DNA from: a bacterium
Lineage (GTDB): Bacteria > Krumholzibacteriota > Krumholzibacteriia > G020349025
Direction: 5' to 3'
Assembly: GCA_031362565.1 (NCBI GenBank)
Contig: JANLSU010000036.1
Location: 1-26,506 of the forward strand
Length of the DNA stretch: 26,506 nt
The position numbers and the translations under genes are program-made. The notes beneath the pieces are model-generated. The model was not told the DNA's origin and did not search any database. It saw only the letters and a program-made list of their open reading frames with translations. Of the stretch, positions 22,645 through 26,506 are shown one piece after another; the stretch's first letter is position 1; every line of letters starts with the position of its first letter.

Positions 22645-23041
22645 GCAATGTGTTATGGCCCTGTCGCCGCAGCGTCAGGACCGCCGCCAGCGACGCCGCA
22701 GCCGTCAAGCCTTTTCTGGCGCTTTTCCCCTTGCGCCACACTGCGGCCTTCGTGTTAAATCGCGAGTCGCCTCTTGGAGTCGTTTCCCCTTCGGAACACT
22801 TCTCGATCAGGGCACCAAACCTAATGGCCTCGTCAAACGAGGTCGGACGGCGTTCGATGCGAGCGCCCGGAGGTTCGTGCCCTAGCGAATCAGAGGCTCC
22901 GAAATCGATGCGTTTTCCGCATCCTGGCTTTGGATCCGATCCGCGCCAGTATGCGGCAACGATAGCGGTGCGCGCCGCGCTGGCGCGCCTGCTGACGCGC
23001 CTCGGCGCGTGTTGCGGTACGCCAACTTGGGGTGAACAAGT

Positions 23042-23416
23042 TTGCCGACGATCAATCAGCTGGTACGCAAGGGCCGGAGCCGGGTGAAGGAGAAGGGGAA
23101 GTCGCCTGCACTGCGCGGCAATCCCCAGAAGCGCGGGGTTTGCACTCGCGTCTACACCTCCACACCGAAGAAGCCTAATTCGGCGCTGCGTAAGGTGGCT
23201 CGCGTACGCCTGACGAATGGCATCGAGGTCACGGCGTACATCCCGGGTGAAGGGCACAACCTCCAAGAGCACTCGATCGTGCTCATTCGCGGTGGTCGTG
23301 TGAAGGATCTGCCGGGCGTCCGCTACCACATCGTGCGCGGCGTGCTCGACACGACAGGTGTCGACGGCCGCCGCCAGGGTCGCTCGAAGTACGGGGTCAA
23401 GCGCCCCAAGAAGTAA
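23042..23416 (+). CDS. rpsL: 30S ribosomal protein S12
   Basis: [21 protein letters not shown] and GGRVKDLPG motifs; TTG start. Confidence 0.98.
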   Translation: MPTINQLVRKGRSRVKEKGKSPALRGNPQKRGVCTRVYTSTPKKPNSALRKVARVRLTNGIEVTAYIPGEGHNLQEHSIVLIRGGRVKDLPGVRYHIVRGVLDTTGVDGRRQGRSKYGVKRPKK

Positions 23417-23535
23417 CGGCCGCAGCGCAACCGGCGCGGTGCCGGTTTGCCGCCCACGTTCAGCGTGTGGAATCAGAGTTTGTCGTGGATCGGGCCGCAG
23501 GCCGCGGATCCGGTCACTGACGCGGAGAGAGACGA

Positions 23536-24006
23536 ATGCCGAGACGGAAGCTGATCGCCAAGCGAGAGTTGCTGCCGGACCCGCGGTTCAACAGCACCAT
23601 GGTCCAGCAGTTCATCAACTATTTGATGGATCGCGGCAAGAAGAGCAATGCCGAGGGCATCTTCTACAACGCGATGGACGTGATCCAGCAGAAGTCGGGG
23701 CAGGATCCGATGACGGTGTTCAAGCAAGCGCTGAACAACGTCAAGCCGGCGGTCGAAGTCACGTCGAGACGCGTCGGCGGCGCCACGTATCAGGTGCCGC
23801 AGGAAGTCCGCCCGTCGCGCCGCACGGCGCTGGCGATGCGCTGGATTTTGACTTTTTCGCGCCAGCGGCGCGAACACTCGATGGGCGAAAAGCTCGCCGC
23901 CGAGTTGATGCTGGCGCAGAAGAACGAGGGTCCTTCCGTGAAGAAGCGGGAAGACACTCATAAGATGGCCGAAGCCAACAAGGCGTTCGCGCACTACCGC
24001 TTCTAA
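23536..24006 (+). CDS. rpsG: 30S ribosomal protein S7
   Basis: [11 protein letters not shown] and [14 protein letters not shown] motifs. Confidence 0.98.
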   Translation: MPRRKLIAKRELLPDPRFNSTMVQQFINYLMDRGKKSNAEGIFYNAMDVIQQKSGQDPMTVFKQALNNVKPAVEVTSRRVGGATYQVPQEVRPSRRTALAMRWILTFSRQRREHSMGEKLAAELMLAQKNEGPSVKKREDTHKMAEANKAFAHYRF

Positions 24007-24120
24007 GGGGCGGGCGCAGCAGCGAACAACCGAGGTCCGCGGGTGCTTGCAAAAGTCCCGCGGTTGGCGAGCCAAGAAACTGTTGCAGGCCGGAAACGGA
24101 ACCGCAGCGGTGGAGCTCGA

Positions 24121-24162
24121 GACTCCGCCGGTCTGCGCGCAAGAACCGGCGGAGTTCGTTTT
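24121..24162 (+). terminator. Terminator-like hairpin between rpsG and fusA
   Basis: GACTCCGCCGGT/ACCGGCGGAGTT 12-bp stem followed by CGTTTT. Confidence 0.5.
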
Positions 24163-24221
24163 GCGGAGACCGTGACTCGCAGCATTGCGGCGCACGGTCG
24201 ACACTGGGAAGGCCCGAGGTC

Positions 24222-26303
24222 ATGGCAAGAGCCGTTCCTCTCGATCGTTATCGAAATATCGGCATCATGGCGCACATCGATGCCGGTAAGACGACGACCA
24301 CCGAGAGAATCCTGTACTACACCGGTCGACTGCACCGCCTGGGCGAGGTCCACGAAGGGGCCGCGACCATGGATTGGATGGAGCAGGAGAAGGAGCGCGG
24401 CATCACCATTACGAGTGCCGCGACGACCTGCGCCTGGCGCGACCACCGCATCAACATCATCGACACTCCGGGCCACGTGGACTTCACGGTCGAAGTGGAG
24501 CGCAGCTTGCGCGTGCTGGACGGGGCCGTGGCCCTGTTCTGTGCCGTAGGCGGTGTCGAGCCACAGTCCGAAACCGTGTGGCGCCAGGCCGACAAGTACG
24601 GCGTGCCGCGCATCGCATTCGTCAACAAGATGGATCGCGTCGGCGCCAACTTCCGGCATGTCGTGCAGAACATGCGCGAGCGCCTCGGCGCCCGCCCGGT
24701 GCCGATTCAGTATCCGATCGGCGAGGGCGAACTCTTCACCGGCATCATCGACCTGCTGACGATGAAGGCGCGCTTCTATCATGAGGACACCAAGGGGCAG
24801 ACGTTCGACGAGGGCGCCATTCCGTCGGACCTGGAAGCCGAAGCCCGCAAGCTGCACATCGAACTCATCGAATCGGTGGCCGACCACGACGACGAGGTCG
24901 CGGAGCGCTACTTGTTCGAGCACGACGTGCCGGGCGAGATGCTGATGCGCGCGCTGCGCAAGGCAACCATCGATTGCTCGGTGGTGCCGGTTCTGTGCGG
25001 CTCGTCCTTCAAGAACAAGGGCGTGCAGCGGTTGCTCGATGCCATCATCGACTTCTTGCCGGCGCCGTCCGATTTGCCGGACATCAAGGGCATCAACACC
25101 AACACCGACGTCGAGGAGCTCATCAAGGCTGCCGACGATGCGCCGTTCAGCGCCTTGGCGTTCAAGGTGGCGACTGACCCGTTCGTCGGCAAGCTGACCT
25201 TCGTCCGCATCTATTCGGGCGAGATGGACGCGGGTTCGTACATCTATAACTCGACGACCGAGCGCCGGGAGCGCGTCGGCCGGGTGCTGCAGATGCACGC
25301 CAACAAGCGCGAGGACCTCCAGGAAGCGTTCGCGGGCGACATCGTGGCGATCGTCGGCCTGAAAGCGACGCGCACCGGCCACACGCTCTGTAACGAGGAC
25401 CATCCGGTCAAGCTCGAATCCATGCAGTTCCCGGAGCCGGTCATCTCGGTGGCGATCGAGCCCAAGACGCATCCCGACCAGGAAAAGATGGGGATGGCGC
25501 TTGAGAAGCTGGCGGAGGAAGACCCGACGTTCCGCGTCCGCACCGATACCGAAACCGGCCAAACGATCATCGCCGGGATGGGCGAACTGCATCTCGAGAT
25601 CATCGTCGACCGTATGAAGCGCGAATTCAAGGTCGAGGCCAACGTCGGCAAACCGCAGGTGGCGTACAAAGAGACGATTACGCAGAAGGCGGACGCCGAA
25701 GGCAAGTTCGTGCGCCAGTCGGGCGGCCGTGGCCAGTACGGACACGTCAAGATCCATATGGAGCCGCAGACGGAGACCACCGGTCTCATCTTCGAGAACA
25801 AGATCGTCGGCGGCGTGATCCCGAAGGAATACATCAATCCGATCCACAAGGGCATCGAAGAGGCCATGCTCAACGGCATCTTGGCCGGCTACCCGGTGCT
25901 CGGGATTCGTGTGCAGCTCTACGACGGCAGCTACCACGACGTGGACTCGTCGGAAATGGCGTTCAAGATCGCCGGCTCGATGGCGTTCCAGGATGCCGCC
26001 AAGCGCGCCAAGCCGGTACTGCTCGAGCCGGTCATGGACGTCGAAGTCGTCGTGCCGAGCGAATACATGGGCGAAGTCATCGGCGACCTGAACTCGCGCC
26101 GCGGCAAGATCGGCGGCATGTTCCAGCGCGCCGATGCGCAGGTCGTGGCGGCGACTGTGCCGCTGTCGGATATGTTCGGGTACGCGACGCGGTTGCGTTC
26201 GCTGACGCAAGGCCGCGCCGTGTACAGCATGCAGTTCGCCCGGTACGAGCCCGTGCCGCAGAGCGTGGCGGAGACCATCGTAGCGCGCGTCGTCGGGCGC
26301 TGA
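24222..26303 (+). CDS. fusA: Elongation factor G
   Basis: [33 protein letters not shown] and DSSEMAFK motifs. Confidence 0.98.
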   Translation: MARAVPLDRYRNIGIMAHIDAGKTTTTERILYYTGRLHRLGEVHEGAATMDWMEQEKERGITITSAATTCAWRDHRINIIDTPGHVDFTVEVERSLRVLDGAVALFCAVGGVEPQSETVWRQADKYGVPRIAFVNKMDRVGANFRHVVQNMRERLGARPVPIQYPIGEGELFTGIIDLLTMKARFYHEDTKGQTFDEGAIPSDLEAEARKLHIELIESVADHDDEVAERYLFEHDVPGEMLMRALRKATIDCSVVPVLCGSSFKNKGVQRLLDAIIDFLPAPSDLPDIKGINTNTDVEELIKAADDAPFSALAFKVATDPFVGKLTFVRIYSGEMDAGSYIYNSTTERRERVGRVLQMHANKREDLQEAFAGDIVAIVGLKATRTGHTLCNEDHPVKLESMQFPEPVISVAIEPKTHPDQEKMGMALEKLAEEDPTFRVRTDTETGQTIIAGMGELHLEIIVDRMKREFKVEANVGKPQVAYKETITQKADAEGKFVRQSGGRGQYGHVKIHMEPQTETTGLIFENKIVGGVIPKEYINPIHKGIEEAMLNGILAGYPVLGIRVQLYDGSYHDVDSSEMAFKIAGSMAFQDAAKRAKPVLLEPVMDVEVVVPSEYMGEVIGDLNSRRGKIGGMFQRADAQVVAATVPLSDMFGYATRLRSLTQGRAVYSMQFARYEPVPQSVAETIVARVVGR

Positions 26304-26369
26304 GCCCGGCGCGGAAATTGGTTGGCTGAGCCCATCGCGGCTTAGCGTGAGCGGAGGAAAACAGGAGCC

Positions 26370-26506
26370 ATGGCACGTCAGAAGTTCGAGCGGACGAAGC
26401 CGCACGTGAACGTTGGGACGATCGGTCACATCGACCATGGGAAGACGACGCTGACGGCGGCGATCACGAAGGTGCTGGCCGGCAAGGGTCTGGCGGAGTT
26501 CGTGCC
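26370..26506 (+). CDS. tuf: Elongation factor Tu, 5' end (partial, second copy)
   Basis: [40 protein letters not shown]. Confidence 0.97.
   Translation, partial: MARQKFERTKPHVNVGTIGHIDHGKTTLTAAITKVLAGKGLAEFV

Noticed and set aside
11919..23041. CRISPR array, prophage or IS in the accessory block
   Set aside because: No regularly spaced direct repeats and no cas, integrase, transposase or phage genes were seen.
24080..24110. SRP RNA domain IV look-alike (CAGG-CCG-GAAA-CGG)
   Set aside because: The 3' side reads AACC rather than the conserved AGCA, and there is no long enclosing helix.
24003..26438. 811-aa minus-strand ORF
   Set aside because: Antisense shadow of fusA/tuf.

Overview
This is a high-GC bacterial chromosomal segment. 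It runs from the 3' end of one tuf copy through rpmG, tRNA-Trp, secE, nusG, rplKAJL and rpoBC, then across an ~11 kb accessory block, to rpsL, rpsG, fusA and the 5' end of a second tuf. The accessory block (11.9-23.0 kb) holds: a REPIN-like palindrome; a Cys-rich secreted protein with a C-terminal 'SWSQIKSLY' tail; a divergent Rdx/SelW-family selenoprotein that the ORF track misses (in-frame TGA in YCxxU plus a SECIS-like hairpin); a convergent gap with a perfect Rex/CRP-type palindrome, a leftward promoter and a ~170-nt rod-shaped candidate ncRNA; modBC without modA; a NYN/LabA protein with an RGG tail; a cobalamin-riboswitch-controlled TonB receptor plus a beta-propeller carrying a FlgD-Ig/T9SS-like C-terminal domain; and a GT-C membrane glycosyltransferase. 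The C-terminal tags suggest an FCB-related candidate lineage such as Krumholzibacteriota, Latescibacterota or Eisenbacteria (inference only). All calls come from reading the sequence; no searches or folding programs were run.
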